Made by a program: the position numbers and the translations under genes. 64,000 nt of DNA from Neoechinorhynchus agilis (taxonomy: Eukaryota > Animalia > Acanthocephala): contig CM121342.1 in the NCBI GenBank assembly GCA_051530055.1, positions 15,577,480-15,641,479 on the forward strand. The letters are read 5' to 3'. The notes below the pieces were generated by a model that was not told where the DNA came from, did not search any database, and worked only from the letters and a program-made list of their open reading frames with translations. Positions 63,315-64,000 of the stretch are shown here, in pieces (the stretch's first letter is position 1; each line of letters starts with the position of its first letter).

Positions 63315-64000
63315 CAAGCATCTACTGCAATGCCAGTCTAAGGTTGATTTAAATATCTCAAGCAAGGGCTTCTCCAGAGTTTGTATATATACACAGAAAT
63401 AACGTATTGAGCGGTTTTTTCTCTGTAGCTCTTAATGCCGTATCATTGTCGGCGTGGTTCATACGCTTAATCCTCAACTGCAATCTCTTCAGATATGGGA
63501 ACAGGCTCTATCGGCAAGCCCGAGGATTGGCAATGGGGAAGAGCCTTGCTCCTGTGTTGGTGATTTTGTTCCTGGACGATCTGGAGAGGCAGCACATTTT
63601 TCCACATATTACTGAAAAAGGCTATGCATGAACTATGTGGACTACGTGCCACTGTCTTACAAGGAGACGTCTAAACTAGATGAATTCGAATAGAGGCTCA
63701 ATACAATGGACACAGCCTGGCGGTTACGAGTGACAACCCAGTGGACTATTTACGCTTCCTCAGCTTGCGACTCAAATCTGACGATGCGACAACATTTGAG
63801 TGGTATCGTATGTCATGTAAGGGGTGATGAAGCAAGCGATCTACACTGCGACGCATAAGAACGCAAATCTTTGCTGATCATCGCTGAAGGCTATAAGGAA
63901 CGCGGTGCGGTTAATGATGTAAACGGAGTTTTCGCGCAAAACAGTTATGGAGATTTTGGAAATTAAAAGGCTTCAACGTTAAGGGGAATCGATGGACGGA
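63315..64000 (+). mobile_element. Degenerate Penelope-like element RT fragment
   Basis: LILNCNLFRYGNRLYRQARGLAMGKSLAPVLVILFLDDLE. Confidence 0.8.

Overview
AT-rich, gene-dense eukaryotic (probably animal) genomic DNA with mostly 30-60 nt GT-AG introns; the species cannot be assigned from this window. Recognisable genes: LSM8, HIP1/SLA2-like, a JADE/BRPF-like PZP protein, a DHX33-like DEAH helicase, an RDH-like SDR, GINS4/SLD5, PSMB6, GPKOW, an ABCC transporter, a secreted LRR protein, a 44-aa Cys-rich microprotein and a mosaic duplicated gene pair. These are interleaved with degenerate non-LTR retroelements (CRE-like, L2/CR1-like, RTE, Penelope-like) and hairpin-forming satellites. The main finding is a recurring class of inserts in coding regions (DHX33 x2, GINS4, GPKOW, JADE-like, an unknown gene, probably the LRR gene). 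In each, the first bases pair with a segment ending about 6-9 nt upstream of a 3' AG, the 5' dinucleotide is not GT (AA, CA, CG/GA, GG/GC, TA, AT), and removal restores the reading frame, in the best case a conserved motif exactly. The stems are unrelated in sequence and the AG always lies on the sense 3' side. This suggests structure-defined, non-canonical hairpin introns, possibly seeded by the foldback elements that are abundant here. Weaker canonical GT-AG alternatives exist for several cases, so RNA-seq is needed to confirm.
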